IMG/VR virus record: IMGVR_UViG_3300033149_003931
Location: 28,568-92,567 of that record
DNA length: 64,000 nt
Direction: 5' to 3' (one strand)
DNA from: a virus
Numbering within the stretch: the stretch's first letter is position 1; each line of letters begins with the position of its first letter. Below, one piece after another: positions 9,167 through 19,014 of the stretch. Made by a program: the position numbers and the translations under genes. The notes beneath the pieces were generated by a model, which did not search any database, had not been told where the DNA came from, and was given only the letters and a program-made list of their open reading frames with translations.

Positions 9167-9514
9167 CTACATATTTCTTAACTGATCGCCGGCTTTTGAT
9201 CCACGAATACCTGAATTATTTAACACGATTAAACTCGGTGATATTTCAGAATACTTTTTAAGAATATCTCCATGACAGGGTTTGGGGGCGCACCAACAGG
9301 CGATTACCTTGTTTCTAAGTTCTGGGAGGGCCTTAAGGAGATCCGGGCGGGATAAAAGGTATTTCTCGTATTTTTGAATGACTTCGGCACGATCACCGTC
9401 TTTTCCAATAACGAAGGGATTAGCCCATTTACTATTGATAGGAAATCGAGGATTCCAACGTCCAATATAAATATCAAATTTTTCTCTATAACAATGAACT
9501 ATTTTAATTGACAT
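9167..9514 (-). CDS. DUF4326-like protein
   Basis: YIGR..SKWANPF..ACWCAPKPCHGD. Confidence 0.8.
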   Translation of the reverse strand: MSIKIVHCYREKFDIYIGRWNPRFPINSKWANPFVIGKDGDRAEVIQKYEKYLLSRPDLLKALPELRNKVIACWCAPKPCHGDILKKYSEISPSLIVLNNSGIRGSKAGDQLRNM

Positions 9515-9614
9515 ATTTTCTCCAAATATTGATTAGTTTGCGGCTTTTCCGCAAGAAAGATATATTTTATGGTTTTGTCAATCTTAGACTGAGTTTTATC
9601 TAAAAGTTTTATAG

Positions 9615-9833
9615 TCATTTTGCTTTTGCCTTAATAATATTTGTTAATGCTCGAACAGCGTCAGCACACGAGACACCACATTGTCCCAAACCTTTGGCTA
9701 CTGTAATAATACTGGATTCAATAACCTCATCGGAAATGTCAGATAAATCATAACCAAAGTCTTTAAGAGATTTTCGGATATTCTTTAATATTTTCTTTCG
9801 TCTGAATTCCTGTAATTTTTTTATTATAAACAT
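9615..9833 (-). CDS. Hypothetical protein
   Basis: Coupled ORF with SD. Confidence 0.5.
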   Translation of the reverse strand: MFIIKKLQEFRRKKILKNIRKSLKDFGYDLSDISDEVIESSIITVAKGLGQCGVSCADAVRALTNIIKAKAK

Positions 9834-10342
9834 TTGGATCTCCTTTGTTCATCATATTTAAACATTAAACCTTGTAATTCCAAAGTCCTACAGCTTGAAA
9901 GCCGTTTTAAAAGCTTTTGTTTAAAATTAACATTACTATATTCATTATGTAGGCTTCTTGCCCTTCGTTCAACCCAAATTGCATCAACGGATCGGCTTTT
10001 ACCAAGATAAACAAAGAGACCATATTTTTTATTTGTTCTATCAATCCACTGTTTTGCGACCCCGACTAAACTTTCCGGAACGCATAAAGCAAATTTATTA
10101 GTCCGACCTATCGGCCAATGATCGTGCTTATTACAACCACATTCGACTTTTCTCTCTTCGCCGTTTAATAAGTCACTCTTGGTAACTTTTATTTCCACTT
10201 CCATTGTCCATTTACCTGTATCCACCAAAATATCTGTAATAAAAAATCCACTATATATTTCATCCGCACAAATCCACTGTCTTTTGTATCGGAAGTAATC
10301 CATCAAACCATACTTTAGATGTAGGGAGGTAATTTTTTGCAT
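9824..10342 (-). CDS. MmcB-like PD-(D/E)XK nuclease
   Basis: TDIL..EVEIKVTKSDL..FALCVP..YGL. Confidence 0.65.
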   Translation of the reverse strand: MQKITSLHLKYGLMDYFRYKRQWICADEIYSGFFITDILVDTGKWTMEVEIKVTKSDLLNGEERKVECGCNKHDHWPIGRTNKFALCVPESLVGVAKQWIDRTNKKYGLFVYLGKSRSVDAIWVERRARSLHNEYSNVNFKQKLLKRLSSCRTLELQGLMFKYDEQRRSKCL

Positions 10343-10380
10343 AAGTTTCTTTTAGGTTTAATTAATATTAGAAATGCCTA

Positions 10381-10620
10381 GTCTGACTATGCTTTTTTAA
10401 CACAGAATAAACCATAAACGATTGTATAACCCCATACTGTATGTGTCCGTATGCGACTGAGCTGATTGTTATACTACCCAAACCTGTTGGTGTTACGTGT
10501 CCCACGCCTCTCGCTTTAACCTTCAGGTATCCCGACGATTTGTTTATGGTATCAGACCACGCGCTACTCACCCGAATTTCTTGTATGTGATTCGAACTTA
10601 TAAAGAGAGATAACCTCGGG
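10381..10620. ncRNA. Candidate structured intergenic RNA (probably - strand)
   Basis: GTCTGA/TCAGAC, ACCATAAAC/GTTTATGGT, GTATAAC/GTTATAC and ACCTG/CAGGT helices; adjacent hairpin with a GTTCGAATC T-loop motif on the - strand. Confidence 0.5.
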
Positions 10621-10642
10621 CCTAAGCCTTGTCTGTCTGATG

Positions 10643-11146
10643 TTAACTCTCCTTAGCATGATGAATCGTTTGCTGAGAATCTAACCAAATGGCTGTATTA
10701 ATCAATATTTGGTTTACCTCATTGGAGTATTTGAATCTCTTTTGATTTATTTCAATACTTTTTAAAAGATTGCCGTCATTATGCCGCATAGAGGCCGCTT
10801 TCCAATCACAAATTAATTCGATTAAATCAATTAATGTCATATCTTTAATACCATTAACATGATGTTCTGGATGATGGCGGTTGTTAGCGTGGTGATGTTC
10901 AACAGCCGGCTTTAATTTTTTCATACACTTTTTATATTCTGTGGAACCATAAGTAATCCCTCGAAGCTCTTTAGTATACTTATCAAAAATCTCTATTTCC
11001 GGAGTTTGTAATTTGGTCTGATCGTGATGCTCTCCCCGGAATAAGATTTCTTTTACAACAGTATTCAAATAATTTCTTACAGTTTCCATGTGACGCATAG
11101 TTTTGAAAATTGAAATTTCTTTAATTTTCATTGACTTTTCCTCCAA
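10643..11146 (-). CDS. DUF5662-like HD-related protein
   Basis: HDQTK..HHHANNRHHPEH..MTLIDLIELICDWKAA. Confidence 0.75.
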   Translation of the reverse strand: MEEKSMKIKEISIFKTMRHMETVRNYLNTVVKEILFRGEHHDQTKLQTPEIEIFDKYTKELRGITYGSTEYKKCMKKLKPAVEHHHANNRHHPEHHVNGIKDMTLIDLIELICDWKAASMRHNDGNLLKSIEINQKRFKYSNEVNQILINTAIWLDSQQTIHHAKES

Positions 11147-11234
11147 GCTAACCGGAGAACATAGATAAAGCCTCCGTATTTGTGCTTTTTAAATTCACCC
11201 GGAATTCTTTTAAAAAAATTTATTATTTTTATAA

Positions 11235-11690
11235 TTAATTCCAATCAATTACCGTAACATTTGGACAGTATGTTTCAAGAATTGGCCTAACTTGTGACCA
11301 CGCTAATTTACCACAACCACAACCCACCTTTGGTATATACACAGGACGATTAATCCCGTAAGCAGTGCGTTCTTCCAATGTTTGAGGCTTTATGGCTCGA
11401 TTCAAAAGTTGTGCGCTTCGAGTAATCAATTTTAAATCCGCAGGAGCCTTCCAATAATATTTAACGGGGAAAGTAATGATTGCTTGTTTATGAAAATACC
11501 CGGGAACATTTCCAATAGTAGATAAATGCCAGCCCAATAAAAGGGGAAACTTTGGATATTTTTGTTTTGTTTGAAGAGCTAAACCTCGCCCCATGACAGC
11601 TTTGCCTTGCTTCGTAATAAACCCATTGGTCGGAACTACAACATATCCTTTTAGGTGGTATTCCCAAATGTTACCTTTAATTATCCGCAT
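11235..11690 (-). CDS. Macro-domain (ADP-ribose-binding/hydrolase) protein
   Basis: IIKGNIW..PTN..MGRGLA..FPVK..IPKVGCGCGKLAW. Confidence 0.8.
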   Translation of the reverse strand: MRIIKGNIWEYHLKGYVVVPTNGFITKQGKAVMGRGLALQTKQKYPKFPLLLGWHLSTIGNVPGYFHKQAIITFPVKYYWKAPADLKLITRSAQLLNRAIKPQTLEERTAYGINRPVYIPKVGCGCGKLAWSQVRPILETYCPNVTVIDWN

Positions 11691-11844
11691 CTTTAAACTC
11701 CTGCTTAAGTTTATTAAAAAAATTAGTCATAAAATTAATGGAATTATTCTTAACTGATAAACTTCGAATATCTTGTTTACAAATATAACAATAGGTTCCA
11801 AGAATATACCCTCCGCATAAAGGACAAATATGTGCCTCAGTCAT
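11677..11844 (-). CDS. Unannotated 55-aa zinc-ribbon protein
   Basis: MTEAHICPLCGGYILGTYCYIC...; SD CAGGAG. Confidence 0.55.
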   Translation of the reverse strand: MTEAHICPLCGGYILGTYCYICKQDIRSLSVKNNSINFMTNFFNKLKQEFKDADN

Positions 11845-11846
11845 CT

Positions 11847-12380
11847 TTAAAACTCCTGTAACATTCTTCGATAAATAAGAAAAGTATTTCTAGCGTCATC
11901 ACATGCTTGATGTTTCTTACCTTTGAATTCCATATTAAATTTTATTAGGGCTTTGGATAAGCCTGCCTGATATTGTTGATTACGGGCAAACCTTAAAGAA
12001 ACAAAAATAGTTTTCGCGTCAATCCAGCGTCTTCCAAATAAGTAAATTTCATCATCTGAATAATTTAATTGTTTTTTAAGTTCAATAGAATCACCACCGC
12101 CCCAGCATAAACAATTCCGGAAACATTCATGACGTTTGTGCATTTGGGTTAATTGTTCATATGCTTGTTCAAGACTAATTCCCCGATCTGTATCTTTTTG
12201 TCGAATTCCCGTAAGATTTATGATATATTCACTAATTTGTTCATCAACCTTAATATGAGCGGAATATTCTTCTAAGATTTCCCCGGAATCCAAATTACCT
12301 ACAACAGCCCCAACCTGAATAATTGATCCAGAGGGCTGATTGTGTTCCAAATCTAAGGCTATAAAATTACGATTAATCAT
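11847..12380 (-). CDS. DEDDh 3'-5' exonuclease
   Basis: IALDLE..LTGI..WGGGD..HQACDDA. Confidence 0.85.
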   Translation of the reverse strand: MINRNFIALDLEHNQPSGSIIQVGAVVGNLDSGEILEEYSAHIKVDEQISEYIINLTGIRQKDTDRGISLEQAYEQLTQMHKRHECFRNCLCWGGGDSIELKKQLNYSDDEIYLFGRRWIDAKTIFVSLRFARNQQYQAGLSKALIKFNMEFKGKKHQACDDARNTFLIYRRMLQEF

Positions 12381-12952
12381 TTTTTATAAACCAACATATA
12401 TTCTGAACTCTGAAGTAAGTACAAATAAAGGAGATGTGTTGTTAGCTCAGTATGCGTTTTTGTACCGAAGGTCACACATAAAACTTCTTTGTACCAGTAA
12501 GCAACCCGATTAATACAAATCTCGGCCCGGGGCCATTCCAAATAACGACCAAAAAGCTGAATCCCCGTCAACCATGTTAAGGTCTTACCAAGGATATTTA
12601 ATACATCATATCCCCGGCCAATATCTTCAAGAGCGATTGTTTTCAAAGTCTGTAATTGTTCACTTGTTAAATTCCTTTTACGAAAGATAATCTGGTGAGT
12701 CTTTGGATTCCAATCAGCCAGTTCTACCTTAGTCTGTTGTTCGATAATATCCGTCTTACCCGTGAAACCACTAAAACCGTTATTAATTATCATAGCAACA
12801 TGATAATAGTTTACTATGTCCTGTTTTCGAATAATCGCCCGCCAAAGATACTGGTACCATGTTGGGGCGGTCATAAAAAATTTAACAATCTTTGCAGCAG
12901 TTTTATTCGAGTCCTCTAAAATAATATCACCTATCTGAGGCACATAATCCAT
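12377..12952 (-). CDS. Permuted papain-like (YiiX/YebB-like) enzyme
   Basis: QIGDII..YHVAM..GRGYD..EIC; His precedes Cys. Confidence 0.55.
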   Translation of the reverse strand: MDYVPQIGDIILEDSNKTAAKIVKFFMTAPTWYQYLWRAIIRKQDIVNYYHVAMIINNGFSGFTGKTDIIEQQTKVELADWNPKTHQIIFRKRNLTSEQLQTLKTIALEDIGRGYDVLNILGKTLTWLTGIQLFGRYLEWPRAEICINRVAYWYKEVLCVTFGTKTHTELTTHLLYLYLLQSSEYMLVYKK

Positions 12953-14025
12953 GATCTCTCCTTTGTTCTTTTCCGCATACCGGGCAAATGATCTCTCCGG
13001 CAGAGATTAAAGAATCACAATGAATACAGGTTGTGGTTTCATTTTCCATCATTTAAACTCTTTTTAAATTTTTCCAAAACTCGATTTTTTATAAAAAAGG
13101 ACATTGAATAATCTGTATTCTTTTTTACTTCCTTGTTATCTAAATATAATGTTAATTTTCCCTTTTCAGAAACCAGAACAAAATGAATAATAGGTATTTT
13201 TGCCATAACCCAATCTCCTGTTAATTATCTTTACAGTGTAAAAATTGATAAACAATATTATCTAAAGTTTCTTTATTGCGATTATGACACATCAATAAAT
13301 GTAATGCCGTATCTATTGAATCCACTTGAAGTATTAACGCATAAATTCTTTCTGTTGAAGCCAGATTAAAATACACATGAATCGCTTTTGAAATTTGTTT
13401 TAATTCTGTACGTGTAAACTTAAAGAGTATTTTTCTTTCATTCATAATAAATAGACAGAGAGTCTTTGGTTGTTAATTAATTTTTTCTATCGTTTTACCT
13501 TCAGCATTAAGTAAATAAACAATTTTATTTGTATAAATTGTTTGAGTAGACCTTTTATTTTCAGGGACAATTTTAATCATTACTCGATATTTCATAATAA
13601 GTTCATCCCATCATTTGAAAGCGCGACCATAACTATTACCGGATTTTCTTCGGCAGAGATACCCACACTTAAGGTTGTTGGCGAAACGGACGCCCCTAAA
13701 TAACCATATTTTAATACGAGGGCCAAGAGCTCCTGTTCAAATGCTTTGGTTTTTCCATCTTTCTTTTTAGGCATAATAAAATCCTATTCTTGAGTCGTTA
13801 ATTCTTTAATAACTTTTGCCAGAAGAATTTCTCGGGCCTCTTTTATTTTTACGGTATCTCGGATATTCTCAGGTGCAATATACTGAAGGGTTCCATAAAA
13901 GAGTCCTTGATAAGCTGCTTCCAAAATATAAAATCCACCTAAACAAGTTTGAGGAAACTTTTTAACCCGTTTTCCTTTACTGTTTATATAAAGCAAACCC
14001 TCTTCCAAAATATTAATATCTTTTT

Positions 14026-15024
14026 TTAAGAGCATAATTCCTCCGGTGTTACTACCGCTGTACCCATTTTGGAAACGACTATGCCAGCAGCTTTGTTAGC
14101 GAGTTTCGCTGCATCTAAGGGTTTCATTCTCACGGATAAAGCTAAGGTATAAACCGCAATAACAGTATCTCCCGCTCCGGTGACATCAACAATATCTTGT
14201 TTTTCCGCAGATAAATGATTAACCCCATCATCTGAGAATAGGCATACACCTTGAGAGCTCATTGTTATCAAAAGTGTTTCTAACTCATAAGTCGTTCGTA
14301 TAACCGCACCACGAAATTTAAGTTGATTTATTTCATGTGAATATTTATCCTTGCCTAAAATAGCAAATTCGGTAAGATTTGGGGTTATTGCAGTAAAATG
14401 CCGGAATAATTCCAAATCTGTTTTATGCGTATCTGCCGTAACAATCTTCTTATATTGCTTCTGTAAACAACTTATATGTTGTAAAAGCTCAGGATATACA
14501 ACCCCTTTGTTGTAATCTGAAATAATAATAGCATCAAAATATCTCATATGTCTATCCAAGTTTGCATGAAGAGCCTCTTTAAATTCAAGATTCTCTTCAA
14601 CAGATGTTTTATTCTCATAATCAACCCTGAGTAATTGATGATTCTCTGAAATAAACCGAGTTTTGATACTGGTTGGAACAGTTGTGTCTTTCATTAAGAG
14701 ATCAATATTAATCTTTGATAAACTCAACAAATTCTTAATAACTAAGCCCGCCGGATCATCTCCAATACGCCCAATAAGCCAAACCTTTGCTCCAAGACTA
14801 CTGAGGTTTCTTGCAACATTAGTGGCCCCACCTAACCGATAATACTGTTTCTTTTTATCAAGGATTGGAATTGGCGCTTCGGGCGAGACTCGTGTTACCG
14901 AGCCTTCGATATATTCATCTAAGATCACATCTCCAATCACCAAAATTTTTTGATTAGAAAAATCAATCAGATGTCGTTTCTTATACCTTATCATAGCTTT
15001 TTTATGTTTTTGCATATCACACAT
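14026..15024 (-). CDS. rfaE1: D-glycero-beta-D-manno-heptose-7-phosphate kinase (HldE/RfaE domain I, PfkB fold)
   Basis: GDVILDEY..RVSPEAPIP..LGGATNVA..ISDYNKG..ITPN..DVTGAGDT. Confidence 0.9.
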   Translation of the reverse strand: MCDMQKHKKAMIRYKKRHLIDFSNQKILVIGDVILDEYIEGSVTRVSPEAPIPILDKKKQYYRLGGATNVARNLSSLGAKVWLIGRIGDDPAGLVIKNLLSLSKINIDLLMKDTTVPTSIKTRFISENHQLLRVDYENKTSVEENLEFKEALHANLDRHMRYFDAIIISDYNKGVVYPELLQHISCLQKQYKKIVTADTHKTDLELFRHFTAITPNLTEFAILGKDKYSHEINQLKFRGAVIRTTYELETLLITMSSQGVCLFSDDGVNHLSAEKQDIVDVTGAGDTVIAVYTLALSVRMKPLDAAKLANKAAGIVVSKMGTAVVTPEELCS

Positions 15025-15258
15025 TTATTTTCTCATTTCCTTTTCATAATAGTCAGAGTCTTTATTTAAGCGGGATTTCCCGTCTTTATTCATATTCCAA
15101 GGATCAGAAACCTCTTTCATAATCGGTAAGATTTCCTTATCCTGTTCTAAGGCTACTTTAGATTTTCGTCTTAATCTTCGATTATTTTTCCGCTTATCGA
15201 ATTTTTCACTATCCCCACCATGACCAGAAAAGGGACGGTTTTTTCTTGACCTACTCAT
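15025..15258 (-). CDS. Small, very basic phage protein
   Basis: MSRSRK..DKRKNNRRLRR..DPW..KDGK; first gene after a promoter. Confidence 0.65.
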   Translation of the reverse strand: MSRSRKNRPFSGHGGDSEKFDKRKNNRRLRRKSKVALEQDKEILPIMKEVSDPWNMNKDGKSRLNKDSDYYEKEMRK

Positions 15259-15268
15259 GTCTTCTCCA

Positions 15269-15297
15269 AGTATACCATATTAATTTTGATTTGTCAA
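15269..15297 (-). promoter_or_regulatory. sigma70-type promoter P1
   Basis: TTGACA-17 nt-TATACT with extended -10 TG. Confidence 0.85.
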
Positions 15298-15560
15298 GAA
15301 ATATCTTTGGCAACTCGCCAAGCAATTGCCTGACGGCCCTCTTTCTTAACATAAGCCTTTTTGACTAAGCCTTTACCTCTAAGTTCTTTGACCCTCGGAG
15401 TAACACAATTAATTGGCAGTCCGGTAAGGTGGGCTATCTCCAAATTGGTTACCGGAAAAGGATGGTTAATTAAGGCTTTCATAACCTGTGCTTGTTGCTT
15501 ATTAATCTTTCCGGTTTTAATTAAGTCTTCATATGATATAAAAAACGTATTTTGTAACAT
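15294..15560 (-). CDS. Winged-helix DNA-binding protein
   Basis: TNLEIAHLTGLPINCVTPRVKELRGKGLV. Confidence 0.75.
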   Translation of the reverse strand: MLQNTFFISYEDLIKTGKINKQQAQVMKALINHPFPVTNLEIAHLTGLPINCVTPRVKELRGKGLVKKAYVKKEGRQAIAWRVAKDIS

Positions 15561-15593
15561 TTGATTCCTCCTATTATGTGTTATAATTGACGT

Positions 15594-16037
15594 TTAAGTC
15601 AACTTTGACTTATATTCACCCGGGTTTAATTTCCGGGACTCTGTAATACGGTAACTGTCTTCATCTTTATGCGTCGTTGAAATCTCAAGAATTTTAGAAG
15701 CAAAAGTTCGAGAACGGAATTTATGAGCAAGATATGGTTTGATTCTTATTTGATCTTTGTGTTTTAAAACTCTCATCTTTATTTTGGTTAAGTCAATTGA
15801 GGCTGTGGCTTGGAGAATATTTCCCTTCACTGACCATTTACTATCAGCAGATTTCCTTAAATCAAGATAGTATAATTCTACCTCGCCACAAAGAATATAA
15901 AATGTTTCATCTTTTTTAATATGATAGTGTAAACTGCACTCATAACCGCTATTTAGATTGAGATATTTTGAACAGTAGAATTCAGTATTTATTAACCAAT
16001 CTTCACTACCCCAGATTTTTTCAACATGGTTAATCAT
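15594..16037 (-). CDS. Cupin, sugar isomerase-like
   Basis: VEKIWGSE..SLHYHIKKDETFY..HKF..EIST..DSYR. Confidence 0.8.
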   Translation of the reverse strand: MINHVEKIWGSEDWLINTEFYCSKYLNLNSGYECSLHYHIKKDETFYILCGEVELYYLDLRKSADSKWSVKGNILQATASIDLTKIKMRVLKHKDQIRIKPYLAHKFRSRTFASKILEISTTHKDEDSYRITESRKLNPGEYKSKLT

Positions 16038-16396
16038 TGATCTTCTCCTTTACTCCAATTTCTTAGAATGTTTTCTGCTTCATGAATAACACCCGAAGAT
16101 TTTGATAATGTTCCCGTTATGAATAATCGGTAATATACTGGTATTAATAGGATTGAAATTATAAAGATAATCCAGATCATGTTAATTCTTTTTTAATCAT
16201 AGCATTTATTACTTCAAGAGTTTTCTTACAATAAATCTGAATGGCTTGAATTTTATGTCTATCTGAATCGAAAGTTTGAGTAATCGTTAGTATGTGTTTC
16301 ATTGGTTGTACGCAGGCCGCATCTAAACTCTTTGTAAGAGCATTTTTCATCTTTGGTGTAATTTTTACTGACACGCCTAAATCTTTTCCCATTAGA

Positions 16397-18604
16397 TTAA
16401 CCCTCCAAATAAGTTAAAAATTGGCCTTGTTTTAAAGCCTCTGTTTCTCGCTCGTTACACTCAATTAATCTATTATTATTAAAATTAAATTTATAAAACA
16501 GTGATCCATGTTCTAAATCACCAGTTTGATTTTTTGAAACAAATAATTCAAGGATTGGATGATACTTGCCCGCATCATCTTTCCAATGATAGTTTGTATC
16601 ATGTTTATTTTTTGCGGTATGGAAGTTTGAATAAATTCCTGCCACAAATCTTGCAGCATACCAAAAATCACAAGTATCCTTAATATCCTTTCCTGACGGT
16701 TTATCATTAGCGGATTTGGGTACTTCAGCCGTTGCAATCACCGGACAATTCATTTTTTGTGGAAGAGTCTTTAAATAAGAGGCTATTCGTTGAGCATTCT
16801 GCGTTGACTCTAACTCTCTTTTACCGGAGGCTCGTAAATCATGAATATTATCAATCACAAGTATAAAACGCTTTCCCCTATCCTCCGATATAGTTGAGTG
16901 AATCTTTACAAAATTATCTAAACTGTCAGTTGTTTGAATATCTGAACCGTCTTTAATAATTAGATTTTCTTTTAAAATCTGTAATTTTTTCATTCCATTA
17001 AACCATTGTTCTTCATATTTTTTATCGGGTTGACGAATATTTCGGGAACTTAAATTAGCGGCAATACTCATTAAACGGGGAATAATTGATCTTTTTGCTC
17101 CATCATCTAATGAATAAAAAGCGACAAAGTTGTCTTTACTCTGAACAAGGTTGTAGACGAAATTAAGAAGAAACGCTGATTTACCCTGTTCTGGATGTCC
17201 GATAAATAAATATAGGGTATCCTCAAAACCACCAAATTTTTTATCAAAGATTGGAAAACCCGAAGTTCTTCCGGCAAAATTTTTATTCCAAGCCAACTCA
17301 GTAAAATCTTCTAAGAGTTCATCATAAGAATCCTTCTCCTGAACATATTGAATCATGTTGAAAGAGTCTTTATTATCACTTATATCATCAATGGATCGTG
17401 TTAGTTGTCTTTTACCAATATTTAAAACTTTCGCACACTCATTGATATAACCCTCTTTACGAATAAGATTCGGACAGCCGGCGATAAAATCATAAATTTT
17501 GTTAGCTTTGATTAGGCCCTTATCATAATTTTGTAAGAGGTAAGTAATTGCCGGAATCTTCGGAAGATTATTAAACTCCTCCAAAGTGTGCTTCTTCATA
17601 TATTCATCTGGATCTGGTTTTGGTTCTCCCTCAATAATTGGTACTTTAATAATTGAGATTTCCGTATCCAAATTCTTCATTCGTAATATAGTTCTTAAAA
17701 AGCCGTCCCGGGCCGTTCCTTTATAGAGGTTATCCGGATCAAGAGATAATCTGATTTTCTTTAGATTCATCTCAGCAATCTTTTCTAAATTCGAGTCATT
17801 TACAACATTGGTAAGACAGGCCACGACATTCTGCTGTGGGTGTAAGGCAACGGCGTCGAATACACCTTCCACAATAGTTAGCTCCTCTTTCCCGCGAACT
17901 CTTTCAATATTAAATAAATTGCTTCCTTTAATACAGATCTTGATATAAGGGTCATTATCCGTTGTATCAAACATTCGGATAATAATTCCAGTATATTGTT
18001 TATTCTCATCCCAGATAGGAATAACTAAACCCGATTTATGAAATACCTGAAGTAATCTATAATCAAAGAGCATTTTAGATTCTTTGTTCATTTCCGAGGT
18101 AATATCTTCTGGGGATAAGTACCCGATTTTCCAAGCTTGGATTTTCTCTTTTGTCAATCCGCGGCGTTTATAAAAAGGAACACCTTTACTCGGGTTTGGT
18201 TTTGTGCAAGAAAGCTTATGCAGCTTTTCAAGAAAATTTCTTTGTCTTTGATAAGCCTTCTCCTTTGCTGAGTATTCATATTCCTCATCAATAGGAATCC
18301 TATATTTTTTTGCCAAATCTTTAACAACGGAAAAAAAGCTTGAACCCTTAATGGCCTTCCCCGTCTTTAAAGAGTAGACATCAAAAATATCATAAGACCT
18401 ACACTCAACAAAACAATAAATCAATTTATTTTGAGAATCAGGCAAAAAGGCTGCGGAAAGCTTTCCCTCATCACCGTGATCGTGAGCCTCTGTATGCGGA
18501 CATTGTACCTTAGTTCCGTTGGTTTTACAACCAAGTTCACTAAGGTATTCTGGTAATTTTGCCCGAATAAGTTCTTTTATCTTATTCAGATTTTTAATTC
18601 TCAC
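16397..18604 (-). CDS. DNA primase-helicase (Zn finger + TOPRIM + DnaB-like)
   Basis: CPH..CFVEC; IVEGVFD..LDPD..DPDE; GHPEQGKS, VIDNIH, SKNQTG. Confidence 0.9.
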   Translation of the reverse strand: MRIKNLNKIKELIRAKLPEYLSELGCKTNGTKVQCPHTEAHDHGDEGKLSAAFLPDSQNKLIYCFVECRSYDIFDVYSLKTGKAIKGSSFFSVVKDLAKKYRIPIDEEYEYSAKEKAYQRQRNFLEKLHKLSCTKPNPSKGVPFYKRRGLTKEKIQAWKIGYLSPEDITSEMNKESKMLFDYRLLQVFHKSGLVIPIWDENKQYTGIIIRMFDTTDNDPYIKICIKGSNLFNIERVRGKEELTIVEGVFDAVALHPQQNVVACLTNVVNDSNLEKIAEMNLKKIRLSLDPDNLYKGTARDGFLRTILRMKNLDTEISIIKVPIIEGEPKPDPDEYMKKHTLEEFNNLPKIPAITYLLQNYDKGLIKANKIYDFIAGCPNLIRKEGYINECAKVLNIGKRQLTRSIDDISDNKDSFNMIQYVQEKDSYDELLEDFTELAWNKNFAGRTSGFPIFDKKFGGFEDTLYLFIGHPEQGKSAFLLNFVYNLVQSKDNFVAFYSLDDGAKRSIIPRLMSIAANLSSRNIRQPDKKYEEQWFNGMKKLQILKENLIIKDGSDIQTTDSLDNFVKIHSTISEDRGKRFILVIDNIHDLRASGKRELESTQNAQRIASYLKTLPQKMNCPVIATAEVPKSANDKPSGKDIKDTCDFWYAARFVAGIYSNFHTAKNKHDTNYHWKDDAGKYHPILELFVSKNQTGDLEHGSLFYKFNFNNNRLIECNERETEALKQGQFLTYLEG

Positions 18605-18993
18605 CTATACCTCCGAGTATTTTTAGTCTTTTCTATAAATCTACAATTTGAGTATTCATAATTTCCATCAGAGTCTTCTCGATCTATGCTTGCCCAAGTT
18701 AAAAACCGGGCTTTATCCCTAAACCAGAGTTTCTTAATTTCTTCTTTAGTCAAAAGAAATTTGATCCCTCTACCACCATAATTTTTATACTGTTTATGCT
18801 TAGGATTAGTACACCTGTATTTAGCATGTCGCCAAGAATTCAACCAAGGTTGTTTAGCACGATATAATCGGTTCTTTTCTAAAAGAATTTCTTTATTTCT
18901 TCTATAGTATTCCCGAAAATAGTTTCCAAAGTATTCTGGATAGTCTTCTCTATATTTCTTTTGATAAATTTTATACTTTGCTTTATCTCGCAC
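18601..18993 (-). CDS. HNH-type homing-endonuclease-like protein (WFRD family)
   Basis: RCTNP..YGGRGIK..LWFRDKA..SIDREDS..YEYSNCRFIE. Confidence 0.75.
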   Translation of the reverse strand: MRDKAKYKIYQKKYREDYPEYFGNYFREYYRRNKEILLEKNRLYRAKQPWLNSWRHAKYRCTNPKHKQYKNYGGRGIKFLLTKEEIKKLWFRDKARFLTWASIDREDSDGNYEYSNCRFIEKTKNTRRYR

Positions 18994-19014
18994 AGTAATT
19001 AACCTTTCACCAAA

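Noticed and set aside
13784-14035. GLFYG as a PolA motif B mimic
   Set aside because: Lacks the invariant Arg and Lys; too short to support
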